Counted from the stretch's first letter, positions 1 to 11,467 are shown. The stretch: 64,000 nt of DNA from an uncultured Candidatus Competibacteraceae bacterium (GCA_964597315.1 CAZQXD010000018.1:1678-65677), one strand, 5' to 3'. A program made the numbers and translations. The notes: generated by a model from the letters alone, not told the origin.

Positions 1-1046
1 CTCAGAATAGTGGCCAGGGCGCGTAGTTTAGCGGTGGTGGCATGGGCGATACCTCGGGCGCGACGGTGAGCCTGCATAGCCCGACGGCCTTCGGGGCTTT
101 GGGCCGATTTCATAACGAAACGGTTCCAGCCGGTTAGGGAGCCCAGACGGATATGGTTAGCCCGTAGAAAGTCGTTCCGCTCGGCCATGGCCTGGCGGTA
201 TTCCTCACGCTCTTGTTGGGACAGCTCAACAAAGCGAGGACGGATTTCGAAGGGCGCCAACACTGTCCCGGCCAATTCTTCAGGATGTTTGCGATAGACC
301 GTGGGGCCAACCAAATCCACTAGATCCAGGTGTCGGCCATCGCCGCGTTCGGGGGTGGCGGATAAGCCTAGCCGGTATGGGGCTAGGGCAAACTCGGCGA
401 TTACTCGATAAAATTCCGAGGGCAGATGATGGACCTCATCGAACACAATCAACCCATAGCGGTTGCCCAAACGCTCCATGTGTCGGGCGGCAGAATCGTA
501 AGTGGCTACGGTCAGTGTGGCAGGTTCGTGATAGCCGCCCCCCACCAAGCCGATTTCCCGGTCTGGGAATGCCAGGCGCAGCAGTGCGTACCACTGATGT
601 AGCAGGTCAATGGTAGGTACGGTAATCATGGTGTCCCGCGCGGCCCGGGCCAGGGCCAGAACCCCCACCAAAGTCTTGCCAGCACCGGTAGGCAGCACTA
701 TCACGCCCCGGCCACGCGCCGCCCACCAAGCGTCTAAGGCCGCATTCTGGTGGGGGTAAGGCTCTAGGGGTAGAGCCGGGTTCAGTTCCAGGCGGCCGTA
801 ACGGGGAGCCTGGTTACGGGCCAACAGCCCCCGTAGCAGACCGATCACTTGACCGTAGCCATGTGCCGGTGCGCGCCAAGCGTCCACCCGAGGATCATAT
901 CGAAACCAGTTGGAGAGACTCGGGGGCAGGGAAGGGCAGTCTTCCAAAAGCAGCGTACCCCGGTCGAAACGCAGACGGGCGGTAACGAGACTTGCCGACT
1001 CCAGCCGGTATAAACCGGAGGCGTCGCGGATACTGTCGGAGCACAT
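1..1046 (-). CDS. SF2 DEAD/DEAH-box helicase (SSL2/XPB-like); C-terminus runs off the left window edge
   Basis: Absent from the ORF track because it is open at the window edge. My reverse-strand translation from the ATG at 1046 gives MCSDSIRDASGLYRLESASLVTARLRFDRGTLLLEDCP... It has Walker A 'ARGRGVIVLPTGAGKTLVGVLALA' (about 640-719) and motif II 'LIVFDEVHHLP' (about 425-460). Confidence 0.8.
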   Translation of the reverse strand, partial: MCSDSIRDASGLYRLESASLVTARLRFDRGTLLLEDCPSLPPSLSNWFRYDPRVDAWRAPAHGYGQVIGLLRGLLARNQAPRYGRLELNPALPLEPYPHQNAALDAWWAARGRGVIVLPTGAGKTLVGVLALARAARDTMITVPTIDLLHQWYALLRLAFPDREIGLVGGGYHEPATLTVATYDSAARHMERLGNRYGLIVFDEVHHLPSEFYRVIAEFALAPYRLGLSATPERGDGRHLDLVDLVGPTVYRKHPEELAGTVLAPFEIRPRFVELSQQEREEYRQAMAERNDFLRANHIRLGSLTGWNRFVMKSAQSPEGRRAMQAHRRARGIAHATTAKLRALATIL

Positions 1047-1077
1047 TGGAGCTACCGTGGCGGAAATATTGGTTAGC

Positions 1078-2367
1078 CTACACCTGATGGTACTGTCGGC
1101 GTACGCGAATTACCCGCCCTTGGCGTTGCACCTCGAAGCTCCAGGATTGTTCCACCAGGGCAGTGAGCCGCCCTCTACCGCAGTGGGTTTTATGAAACTC
1201 CTTGCGCTCTCTAGATAGCCAACGACCCATGGCCAGGACCGTGGTCCAGCCGTCGGACTCGGCGGTGGCGTCCACCGCCTCGATAAGCGTGGCAGTCACT
1301 TCATTATTCTGGTCAGGGTCCAGATTCTGGTCAGGGTCCAGCGAGGTTGGCGTAGGACTCTCCACGCCCGGAGCTACCGGATCAGCCGCTGCGGGCGGCG
1401 CGGATTGTACTTCTGAGTCGGTCAAGGGGGACTCAGTTGCGAAAGAGAGCGACGTGTCTTTGTCGAGTCTAAACCGGTCACCCTCTACCACCACTTCAGG
1501 CAAGCGGGCCAGCTTGCGGCTGATCCGACCCTGTTTGCAATGGGCCTCGTAGAAGTCCGGTCGGTGCTTCATCAGCCAGTTGGCCACAGCGGAAACGCGG
1601 GCTGAGCGATGTTTGCCAACCACTGCCTGAGCGGCTTCCAGCAAGGGGGCCAGTTCCGCCACCGTTGGCTCGGGGGTCAGGTCCTGGGTCCGGGCAGTCT
1701 CCACCGGCTTTGATGCCGGTGGAGTTTCGGTGGGGGCTTCCGGCGTTGGCGGGATTTCCGGCGTGTGTCCCTGCTGGGGTTTGTCTGCTGACGCCGCGCT
1801 CTTGGGAGACCGACTGCGCGGTTTAGGTGATGAGCGTTTGGGACGAGCGGAGGGTAGAGTCTTGCGCTCATCCTCCATGCCCTCCTCGCGGCGGTCACGA
1901 ACCGCTGGGTGGGTATCGGTTCCCAAGCTCTCGAACCTGTCGAAGCAGGCACGGAAAGCCGTGTTGGTCTGATCGGTGCCGAAGCCGAGTACGTAGACTC
2001 CCGCCTCTCGCAGGGCCACCACCAGGGCCGCCATGTCGGCGTCGCCGCTGGCCATCACCACGGCGTCGGGTTGCTCATCAGCCAATAGGCGCATGATATC
2101 CACGGTCATGGCCACGTCCACGCCGTTTTTTAGGTTGGCGATGGCGAAGTGGTGAAATGGACGGATCGCGGACCTGATCAACGCCTCGCGCCATACTTGG
2201 ACGTAGCGGCGTGACCAATCCGCGTATGCTCGGCGTACAGTGACATGGCCCAGACTTTGAGCAGCCTTGAGCAAGCGATCCAGGTGTTCGGGCTGAATAT
2301 TTTCGGCGTCGATCAGCAAGGCGACGCGCTGGAAGCGGGATAGGGGTTCGGTAAGCGTCATGAACAT
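1078..2367 (-). CDS. NYN (LabA-like PIN-fold) domain protein with a Pro/Ser/Lys-rich linker and two OST-HTH/LOTUS-like C-terminal modules
   Basis: N-terminus RVALLIDAENI...NGVDVAMTVDIMRLL...VVMASGDADMAALVVALREAGVYVLGFG fits the NYN/LabA pattern. Two modules (...VSAVANWLMKHRPDFYEAHCKQGRISRKLARLPE... and ...VLAMGRWLSRERKEFHKTHCGRGRLTALVEQ...) look like OST-HTH. I chose the start at MFMT (2367) rather than the track start at 2469. The stop is 31 nt upstream of the helicase ATG. Confidence 0.75.
   Translation of the reverse strand: MFMTLTEPLSRFQRVALLIDAENIQPEHLDRLLKAAQSLGHVTVRRAYADWSRRYVQVWREALIRSAIRPFHHFAIANLKNGVDVAMTVDIMRLLADEQPDAVVMASGDADMAALVVALREAGVYVLGFGTDQTNTAFRACFDRFESLGTDTHPAVRDRREEGMEDERKTLPSARPKRSSPKPRSRSPKSAASADKPQQGHTPEIPPTPEAPTETPPASKPVETARTQDLTPEPTVAELAPLLEAAQAVVGKHRSARVSAVANWLMKHRPDFYEAHCKQGRISRKLARLPEVVVEGDRFRLDKDTSLSFATESPLTDSEVQSAPPAAADPVAPGVESPTPTSLDPDQNLDPDQNNEVTATLIEAVDATAESDGWTTVLAMGRWLSRERKEFHKTHCGRGRLTALVEQSWSFEVQRQGRVIRVRRQYHQV
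1306..1341. repeat. Perfect 18-bp tandem duplication (attctggtcagggtccag x2) inside the NYN gene linker
   Basis: Read directly from the sequence. On the minus strand it encodes LDPDQN LDPDQN. Confidence 0.85.
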
Positions 2368-2531
2368 TCCATCGACAGTGAATTGTCGGCTAGTACAGAA
2401 AAACTTAATTCTAAACCCATTTTCAGAAATCGGTGGATATGAAGGTTGGAATAACGAAGCAGCGGCCAACCAGGGCGGCTGGGCAGGGGACGGATGACAA
2501 TATTAGATCTCAGTACAGTCGCTATGAGTAG

Positions 2532-2723
2532 GACAAGCTGAGAAACCTACCCGCTGATCAATTTCGTCGAACCTGTGGCGTGGAGCCGACCACCTTCGAC
2601 GCGATGCTAGAGGCCCTGCGGGCAGTCGAACAGCGAAACCGTAAACTGGGCCGTCCCCCCAAAAGGGCCTTAGAAAATCAGTTGCTGCAGTTTGCGTATC
2701 AACATGATTGCAGCGATCCATAA
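2532..2723 (+). pseudogene. N-terminal HTH remnant of an IS5-like (HTH_Tnp_4 / DDE_Tnp_4-type) transposase
   Basis: In-frame translation between stops gives DKLRNLPADQFRRTCGVEPTTFDAMLEALRAVEQRNRKLGRPPKRALENQLLQFAYQHDCSDP*. This matches the usual '...EFRRLTGV..STFE.M...L........GRP..L..EDQLL..L.Y' N-terminus of these transposases. No DDE catalytic part follows. Confidence 0.55.
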
Positions 2724-2815
2724 CTTCGAAATCGCCCTGGCAGCATGGCTTTTTCGTGAGGTCTATTGGGGATGATCCGTTATACTTTCGGGCACTGTCC
2801 CCTGGGAGTCCGGTT

Positions 2816-3187
2816 ATGCCTGACGCCAAAAATGTACTCGGTATCGAGTTACAAGTTTGTTGCACTTCCCCCATGACCGGCTTTTTTCGCAATGGCTACT
2901 GCCACACGGGACCGGATGACCTGGGGGTGCATGGTGTCTGTGTCCGGGTGACCCGAGAGTTTCTGGCGTTCAGCAAGCAACGGGGCAACGATCTCAGCAC
3001 ACCGGTGACTGCGGCGGGTTTTCCCGGCCTGCGACCGGGTGACCAATGGTGCCTATGCGCCAATCGCTGGCGGGAGGCCCTGGAAGCGGGAGTGGCGCCA
3101 CCGGTGATTTTGACCGCCACTCACGCGGCGGTGCTAAATCATGTGAAACTCGCGGACCTCAAGCGGCACGCTCTGGATCTCTGTTAA
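2816..3187 (+). CDS. DUF2237 family protein
   Basis: MPDAKNVLGIELQVCCTSPMTGFFRNGYCHTGPDDLGVHGVCVRVTREFLAFSKQRGNDLSTP...PGDQWCLCANRWREA matches the conserved DUF2237 pattern. I chose the ATG at 2816 inside track ORF 2708..3187. Confidence 0.8.
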   Translation: MPDAKNVLGIELQVCCTSPMTGFFRNGYCHTGPDDLGVHGVCVRVTREFLAFSKQRGNDLSTPVTAAGFPGLRPGDQWCLCANRWREALEAGVAPPVILTATHAAVLNHVKLADLKRHALDLC

Positions 3188-4347
3188 TTCTGATCGTTCA
3201 GACGCGCCGCTAGCTCTGACAATTTCTGGGCCTGTAGGCCCGTCGCTTTTAGCCAATCCAGTACCGGTTTAGCCATCCCTGGTTGCCCGGCTGCGAGCGC
3301 GGCTTCCAAAACAATCCGGGCGTCGGCTGGTTCCCGCTGTATCGTCCAATTCCGAAGGGCCAGTTCCAGGGCCTGTTGTGGCTGCTTTGCAAATTCCAGG
3401 GCAAAACGAGCCTCGGCCCCCAAATGCAAGCTGCCGCCTCTGGCGCGGTTGGCGTTGAAGCGAGCCTCCAGAGTGCGCCGGTGGGCTTCCAAGGCCGGGT
3501 CCCGCAAGTGCTGCTCGGCTAGAGCCAGACGCAACAGCAGGGCATCGGCGCGGGACTCATCCTTCAGCAAGGCTCGGACTTCCTGAGCGCGGTCCCTATC
3601 CAGTAAAAAATCGGCATAAGCCCCCAGCAAATACACATCCCGAGTGCCCACGGCCAGGGCATCCTTGAAGTGCTGCTCCGCCCGAGCATACCATCCTAGC
3701 CGCTCGGCGATTTCTCCTTGCAGCGTCAATGCCCAGACCCGCGATTCCGGCGCTGCGTCCGATGCCCGCGCCAAGGTGGTGGCCAATAGCCGGTAGGCGG
3801 GTTCCGCCCGCCCACTGAGACTGGCGGGACCCGCCATACAGGCGGCAGCCGCCAGTCCTGGAGCCAGTCGCAATAGCGGTCGACAACTGGCCAGGGCGTC
3901 ATCATGGCGGCCCCGCACCGTCAGCACCACCGCCTGGGTCAACCAGGCTTGGCCATTCCGGGGCCGCAGGGCAAGAAGATGATCCAGGTCCGCCAAGGCG
4001 CCCTGAAAGTCATGACGGTTCTGGCGCAGGGTAGCCCTCAGCAACAGCACCCCGGGAGGCGGCTCCTCCGCTTCCCACCAGGGGGCCAGGACCGCCTGTG
4101 CGTACCCGTAGTAGCGGGGGTCGGCCTCGGCGCGGCCAAGCTGGATATAGCGGCGGGCCAGATCCAACGCCAGGTCCAGATTATCCGGCTCCAAGGCTAG
4201 TCGTTGGCGCAGAGGCCGGAGATCGCCCAGTCTGGAGTCGGGATTGGGCAGCCGTTCCAGCACCTCGTTGTCGGTGGTGGGCAGATGGGGTTCGGCGGTG
4301 GCCATCCAAGGCAGCACCGCCAACAGCACAAGCAGCACATAGCTCAT
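3184..4347 (-). CDS. Secreted tetratricopeptide-repeat (TPR) protein
   Basis: Signal-like N-terminus MSYVLLVLLAVLPWMATAEP. Repeated Ala/Leu/Arg-rich TPR-like helices run through the rest. It starts 5 nt after the upstream gene's stop. Confidence 0.7.
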   Translation of the reverse strand: MSYVLLVLLAVLPWMATAEPHLPTTDNEVLERLPNPDSRLGDLRPLRQRLALEPDNLDLALDLARRYIQLGRAEADPRYYGYAQAVLAPWWEAEEPPPGVLLLRATLRQNRHDFQGALADLDHLLALRPRNGQAWLTQAVVLTVRGRHDDALASCRPLLRLAPGLAAAACMAGPASLSGRAEPAYRLLATTLARASDAAPESRVWALTLQGEIAERLGWYARAEQHFKDALAVGTRDVYLLGAYADFLLDRDRAQEVRALLKDESRADALLLRLALAEQHLRDPALEAHRRTLEARFNANRARGGSLHLGAEARFALEFAKQPQQALELALRNWTIQREPADARIVLEAALAAGQPGMAKPVLDWLKATGLQAQKLSELAARLNDQN

Positions 4348-4351
4348 GGCG

Positions 4352-5077
4352 TCAGCTTCCCGTAGTGCGCCGGGCCGTCATACCCAGCAGGCCTAATCCC
4401 AGTATCAGGCTCAGGGCCGTGGACGGGGCGGGCACCGCCACCGAGTCCAGGGCGAAACCGAGATTGGCTTGGCTGAGGGCCTCGGCATCGGGATCGGCGG
4501 TGCTGCTGCTGGATAGCAGGATCTCCAGGGTGCCGGTAGCGCCGGGGGCCAGGTTGATGGTGTCGGAGAACGTCTGGGTGAGGCTGTCGGCGTCAGTTAG
4601 GGTCAGGGTACGGTTGAGCAGAGTCAAGCCACCGCCCAGTACCTGTAAAACCAGTTCAGTGAAAACGCTGCCGTTACCTATAAGCGAGCCATTGCCGTCG
4701 AAATCCAGTCGCAATTGGGTGGTGGGGGTCAAGGCGGTGAAGTCCCCGGAGAAGCTGGCAACGGAGTCAGCGGTGGCGGATTGGTCCGGTGGGATCACAG
4801 AGGCGCCGGTGGTGACGGTCAGCGCCCCGGTCTCGGCGGTGGCCAGGGCGGTGGCGGAACTGCCATTGAGGGAAGTGACTGTCGCCCCTTGGCCAATGGG
4901 CAGAACCGAGGGTGGGACCGAATCGGTAAAATCGTCTTGGAGCAGGGTGAGAGTATCGTCCAATACAGTGACGGCATCCACGACAGTATAAGTCTCAGTA
5001 TCGAAAGCGATAGGTAGGGCGTGCAGGGTAGGCGATGCAAGCCCCAGGGACAAGCCGAGCAATAGTGTCTTGTGCAT
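4352..5077 (-). CDS. Secreted Thr/Ser/Leu-rich protein with a PEP-CTERM-like C-terminal sorting signal
   Basis: Signal peptide MHKTLLLGLSLGLASPTLHA. C-terminus ...SVAVPAPSTALSLILGLGLLGMTARRTTGS has a VPxP motif, a TM helix and a basic tail. RBS AAGGGGA lies upstream of the ATG at 5077. Confidence 0.6.
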   Translation of the reverse strand: MHKTLLLGLSLGLASPTLHALPIAFDTETYTVVDAVTVLDDTLTLLQDDFTDSVPPSVLPIGQGATVTSLNGSSATALATAETGALTVTTGASVIPPDQSATADSVASFSGDFTALTPTTQLRLDFDGNGSLIGNGSVFTELVLQVLGGGLTLLNRTLTLTDADSLTQTFSDTINLAPGATGTLEILLSSSSTADPDAEALSQANLGFALDSVAVPAPSTALSLILGLGLLGMTARRTTGS

Positions 5078-5125
5078 GATGGTTTCCCCTTATTGATAGG
5101 GCGTCCCTGCCCTGACTATAGCGGA

Positions 5126-6724
5126 TCAATCCTGGGGGCAAGTGCCCACACAGCCCAGTTCGGTCGGGTCCACATGACGGCTGTTGCGCCCGGAGTTGGC
5201 CAGACCCACATAGGGGAAGGTCTCGCGGTAAGGTGCATCGTTGGCGTTCACCCCATCGCCGATGCGGTTATGGGGGAAACCGCTGAAGCGGGTATCTCCT
5301 TCCAGAGCCTTGAGTACCCCAGCCACGGCGCGGGCAGCAATGTCGGTCACATCGTCGGACACCCGGCGACCATTGGGAAAACCCGCTGGGTCGTCGTTGC
5401 CAGCATCCCCATCCAGCAGTGTGAGCAGCCCCAACCGGCTACGTTGGCCTGCAGGCGTGGCGGGAATACCGGTATTCAGGCGCAGCAGGTCGGCCACCGG
5501 GCCGGTGGGCGTGCCAGGGGCGGCGATGGGGGGCAGGTACTGCACCAGGGGCAGCAGGTCGGTCCTGGGCGCATCGGGGATGGGCAGATTTTCCCGATAA
5601 ATGGCGTTCAGCACCCGGGCCAGTACCGGGTCAAGGGCGTAGTTGGCGAACTGACTGTCGTCCTTGGGCTGGCTCATGCTGAACTTGTCCTTGTCCCCGG
5701 TGCCGATGATGAGTTCATTGAACAGGGGGTTGGCCATGCGTTGGATCTGGATAAAATTCCTGGAAGTCAGCGCCCGACCGCCGGGCCGACTGGACAGCAC
5801 CTTGACCTTGGGTCGGGAGGTGGTGCCCCAGGCGCCGATAGTGGCTTGCGGTGCATTGGCGTCGTGGATCAGACCATCGGAAGTCAACAGGGTGACGGGC
5901 ACTTCGATGGCGATGGCATTGACATTGAAGCCGGCCACGTCATCGGCGGCGAAGTTGTTGATGTCGTCGGCATCCTGAGATTCATCGAGTATCCCGGGGA
6001 TACCAGTGCCAAAGGCGCTGGTACGGAAGTTCAGGGAGTCAAAGGCCGCGCCCAGGTCGATCCAGAATGGGTCGTCCACGGTGCCGGTGAACACCCTCAT
6101 ACCGTTGCTCAGATCATAAATACCCTGATCGGCCAAGGTTGGATAATCAGGCATGGTCCGGGGGCCGACGTTGGTGGGCACGGCGTATAAAGGCGTGGAA
6201 TTCAGTTGGGTGCGCTGGCCGTCCTTGACTAAGGTCACTGTGTAGGATTGGCGCAGACTCAGGCCCTCGGAACCGGAGCCGTCCAGGGCGGTGATGGCCG
6301 GCGGCACGATTGGCGTGCCCGGGGGCACCGGCGCGGCGGAGTTGTCTGGAGCGTCCAGGCCAGCGCCGGCGCCCACAAAACTGGTGAATACGCCAGGCAG
6401 GCGGATTTCGGTATTGAAGCGGAACTCAAAGCTGACATCGGCCCTGGCGTCTTGGTCATTGTCCACATTGATGGTGTAGAGGATCTCTGGATCGAAGGGG
6501 TGATAGTTGGGACCGTTAGAGGATTCCAACAGCGGGTCCACGTTCAGAATCAGCGTCACTTTATTAGGATCGTCGTAGCTGACGAAAGCAAAGAAATCAG
6601 TGATGTCGGCCTTATGGTCCAGGGCGGTGATAGGCGCTTCGCGGTGGTTGGCCGCTTGGGCGGTGGTGACTAGGGCGGTGGCCACTGCCGCCGCCAATAG
6701 AGTGTGTGACAGTTTTTTCTCCAC
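5126..6724 (-). CDS. DUF4331 domain-containing secreted protein
   Basis: The hallmark 'HREAP' motif sits just after the signal peptide (LVTTAQAANHREAPITALDHKADITDFFAFVS). I chose a GTG start at 6724, preceded by GGAGGA with a 7-nt spacer, instead of the track start at 6808. Confidence 0.75.
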   Translation of the reverse strand: MEKKLSHTLLAAAVATALVTTAQAANHREAPITALDHKADITDFFAFVSYDDPNKVTLILNVDPLLESSNGPNYHPFDPEILYTINVDNDQDARADVSFEFRFNTEIRLPGVFTSFVGAGAGLDAPDNSAAPVPPGTPIVPPAITALDGSGSEGLSLRQSYTVTLVKDGQRTQLNSTPLYAVPTNVGPRTMPDYPTLADQGIYDLSNGMRVFTGTVDDPFWIDLGAAFDSLNFRTSAFGTGIPGILDESQDADDINNFAADDVAGFNVNAIAIEVPVTLLTSDGLIHDANAPQATIGAWGTTSRPKVKVLSSRPGGRALTSRNFIQIQRMANPLFNELIIGTGDKDKFSMSQPKDDSQFANYALDPVLARVLNAIYRENLPIPDAPRTDLLPLVQYLPPIAAPGTPTGPVADLLRLNTGIPATPAGQRSRLGLLTLLDGDAGNDDPAGFPNGRRVSDDVTDIAARAVAGVLKALEGDTRFSGFPHNRIGDGVNANDAPYRETFPYVGLANSGRNSRHVDPTELGCVGTCPQD

Positions 6725-6848
6725 GATGAGATCCTCCGGGGTGGCTTCGATGCTAGTGTTCTGGAAGCGCGGAGGAATCCACGCTTCCTGACCTTCTATG
6801 CGAAGCACTCGGAGGCGTGGATGCAGGAGAGTTAAAAAAAATTGAACT

Positions 6849-8762
6849 TCAATCCTCCAGATAGGTATAGCCTTGCAGGCCCGCCTCTAACTCGGCCAGA
6901 AAGGCGTCGCGGCGGGTTTTGCCCAGATCGGCTCGGGTGATTTTCTCCCGGTAGGTGGCCAACAGGGTCTCGGGTTCATAGTGGACATAGCGCAGCAGGT
7001 CGGCCACGGTGTCGCCGTGTTCCGGCTCCACTAAGCGATAGCCGCCGCCTGCCGTCAGTTCCACGTTGACCGCATCGGTGTCGCCGAACAGGTTGTGCAT
7101 ATCGCCCAGGATTTCCTGATAGGCGCCCAGCAGGAAAATCCCCAGCAAGAAGGGCTCGCCGGCATGATAGGAAGGCAGGGGCAGGGTGGACTCCACGCCC
7201 TCGCTATCCACATAGTGTTCGATGCGCCCGTCGGAGTCGCAGGTCAGGTCCTGCACCAGCACTCGGCTTTCCGGGCGTTCGTTGAGCCGATGCAAGGGCA
7301 TGATGGGAAAGATCTGGTCGATGGCCCAGACATCGGGCATGGACTGAAACACCGAGAAGTTCAGAAACAGCTTCTCGGCCAGCTTGTCGTTGAGTTCGTC
7401 CAGCAACTCCCGGTGGGCGCGGCTGGCCAGGTTCAGTAGCGGCTGCACCTTGCGGCAGATGCCATAGTACAGATGCTCGGCCCTAGCCCGCTGCTCCAGA
7501 CTATGTACCCCGTGCAGGTACATGCCCTGGGCTTCGGCCAGCCAGTGAGCGGCGTCGTGGTAGGACTCCACCGCCGTCACCCGGGAGACCTCTTTGTAGA
7601 CTTCGTACATATTGCGCAGAATCAGCGGCTCGTCTGGCGCTGGCGGCGCCAGGGCGTTGCCGCCCGGGGATTGTTCGTGGTCGATGATATTGCTGATCAG
7701 CACCGCGTGATGGGCTGTGAGCGCCCGGCCCGATTCGGTGAACAGGTGCGGCTGGGGCAGGCCCTTCTCAGTACACACCTCCCACAGGTAATGCACCACG
7801 TTATTGGCATACTCCTGGACGCTGTAGTTCATGGAGCATTCCCGGCGGGAGGCGGTGCCTTCATAATCCACGCCTAGGCCGCCGCCCACGTCCACCACCC
7901 GAATTTTGGCGCCCAGCCGGTGCAGTTCCGAAAAAAACCGACCTACCTCCTTGAGCCCGCCCTGAATGTCCCGGATATTGGCCACCTGGGAACCCAGATG
8001 GCAGTGCAGCAGGGCTACCGTATCCAGCAGGCTTTCGGCGCGCAGTCGCTCCAGAGCCTCCAGCACCTGGCCAGCGGACAGGCCAAACTTGGACTTTTCG
8101 CCGCCGGTGTCTTGCCACTTGCCCACCCCCATGGACGCCAGCCGCACCCGGATGCCCAGTTGCGGGCGCACCCCCAGGGCCGCCGCCTCGGCGATCACCA
8201 GATCCAACTCCGAGAGCTTTTCAATGACAATGTAAACATCCATTCCCAGTTGCTTGCCGATCAGAGCCAGACGGATGTATTCCCGGTCCTTGTAGCCGTT
8301 GCAAACCACCGTACCGCCGTCCCGGCTCAGGGCCAGCACCGCCATCAGTTCCGGCTTGCTGCCCGCCTCTAGGCCCACCCGGGAATTGCCGTGGCCGAGA
8401 ATTTCTCCCACCACGCCGCGCTGCTGATTGACCTTGATGGGATACACGGCCGTATAGCGGCCCTGGTAGTTATAGTCGCGAATGGCGGTGGTGAAAGCGT
8501 TGCATAGGGTGTCCACCCGCTCGTGGAGGATATGATTGAAGCGCACCAGCACCGGCAGGCCATAACCCCGGGTTTGTAAGTCACCGGCCAGGGCGTGCAG
8601 GTCGATGCCTGGATAGTCTGGATCGCTCAGGGAACGGGCGCGGATTCGGCCTGCGGGGCTGATGTCGAAGTGACCGCCGCTCCAGCGGTCGATGTTATAC
8701 ACCTCACGGGCGTCGTCCACGGTCCAGCCAGGTTGATCGCTGTGCTTGTCGTTCACGGGCAA
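6849..8762 (-). CDS. speA: Biosynthetic arginine decarboxylase
   Basis: 637 aa. The N-terminus ...WTVDDAREVYNIDRWSGGHFDI... and the PLP-dependent decarboxylase body are typical of SpeA. Confidence 0.93.
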   Translation of the reverse strand: MPVNDKHSDQPGWTVDDAREVYNIDRWSGGHFDISPAGRIRARSLSDPDYPGIDLHALAGDLQTRGYGLPVLVRFNHILHERVDTLCNAFTTAIRDYNYQGRYTAVYPIKVNQQRGVVGEILGHGNSRVGLEAGSKPELMAVLALSRDGGTVVCNGYKDREYIRLALIGKQLGMDVYIVIEKLSELDLVIAEAAALGVRPQLGIRVRLASMGVGKWQDTGGEKSKFGLSAGQVLEALERLRAESLLDTVALLHCHLGSQVANIRDIQGGLKEVGRFFSELHRLGAKIRVVDVGGGLGVDYEGTASRRECSMNYSVQEYANNVVHYLWEVCTEKGLPQPHLFTESGRALTAHHAVLISNIIDHEQSPGGNALAPPAPDEPLILRNMYEVYKEVSRVTAVESYHDAAHWLAEAQGMYLHGVHSLEQRARAEHLYYGICRKVQPLLNLASRAHRELLDELNDKLAEKLFLNFSVFQSMPDVWAIDQIFPIMPLHRLNERPESRVLVQDLTCDSDGRIEHYVDSEGVESTLPLPSYHAGEPFLLGIFLLGAYQEILGDMHNLFGDTDAVNVELTAGGGYRLVEPEHGDTVADLLRYVHYEPETLLATYREKITRADLGKTRRDAFLAELEAGLQGYTYLED

Positions 8763-8975
8763 GGCCCTCCTAGCAGCGTCGGTTGGGAACCCGTCGGTGC
8801 GGGTTTGGGCGCAGTTTAGTGGAGCATGCCCGCCCCTATCTACCTTTAGCTATTACGGATTGGCTGTGTCGTTGCAAAGCCGTTCCGGGTTCCCGGCGCC
8901 GCTGCCGATGCACCGACCAGATCGGGGCGGGCGGGAAGAGATACCCGGTCCCCCTGGGGATATGCCGTGACCGCT

Positions 8976-9003
8976 AAAAAAAAACAGGCGCCCGAGGCGC
9001 CTG
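8976..9003 (-). terminator. Rho-independent terminator downstream of the second P-II gene
   Basis: 8-bp GC stem caggcgcc/ggcgcctg (8985-9003) with a 3-nt loop. A run of 9 T follows on the minus strand (8976-8984). Confidence 0.8.
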
Positions 9004-9027
9004 CTGGTCGTGGGCTACCGGTGTTTG

Positions 9028-9384
<357 letters not shown>

Positions 9385-9560
9385 TTATAAAGCCCGTATC
9401 AGTGATTCCCGCTGACTATAGCCGAAATCCGGCCCGGCAGCGATAGCACCGCCCGAAGCCGATTTGAAAGCGGTAGCCGCGCTCATCGTGTAGGGAAATA
9501 TCCAGACCCTGGGCCTTCTCTTGTGGCGTAACCCGCGACCCCACTCACACAGCCACCGTC

Positions 9561-9588
9561 ATAAAAAACGGGCGCCGCAGCGCCCGTT
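9561..9588 (-). terminator. Rho-independent terminator after amtB
   Basis: 9-bp stem aacgggcgc/gcgcccgtt (9567-9588), followed by TTTTTT on the minus strand. It lies 27 nt after the amtB stop. Confidence 0.8.
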
Positions 9589-9614
9589 AGGGTGATTAAG
9601 GAATAATGCTGAGA

Positions 9615-10871
<1,257 letters not shown>

Positions 10872-10894
10872 GGAATTGAACCTCTCGTCTTATG

Positions 10895-11362
<468 letters not shown>

Positions 11363-11420
11363 TTATTTTATAAATCAGTAGATTGATTTGTTCTTGTAAG
11401 GAGAGTCGGGTTTTTGCGGC

Positions 11421-11467
11421 GCACCAAAAAGTGCGCACCAAAAAGCAGCATGCACTCTATTTGTGCA
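11421..11467. promoter_or_regulatory. Candidate NtrC-type enhancer sites
   Basis: Dyads GCACCaaaaaGTGC (11421-11434) and TGCACtctatttGTGCA (11451-11467) resemble TGCACC-N5-GGTGCA. They sit upstream of the sigma-54 element in the glnK/ubiK divergent region. Confidence 0.4.

Noticed and set aside
2503-2892. A 129-aa minus-strand ORF between the NYN gene and DUF2237.
   Set aside because: It overlaps both the plus-strand transposase relic and the well-supported DUF2237 start. It has no motif and an odd composition.
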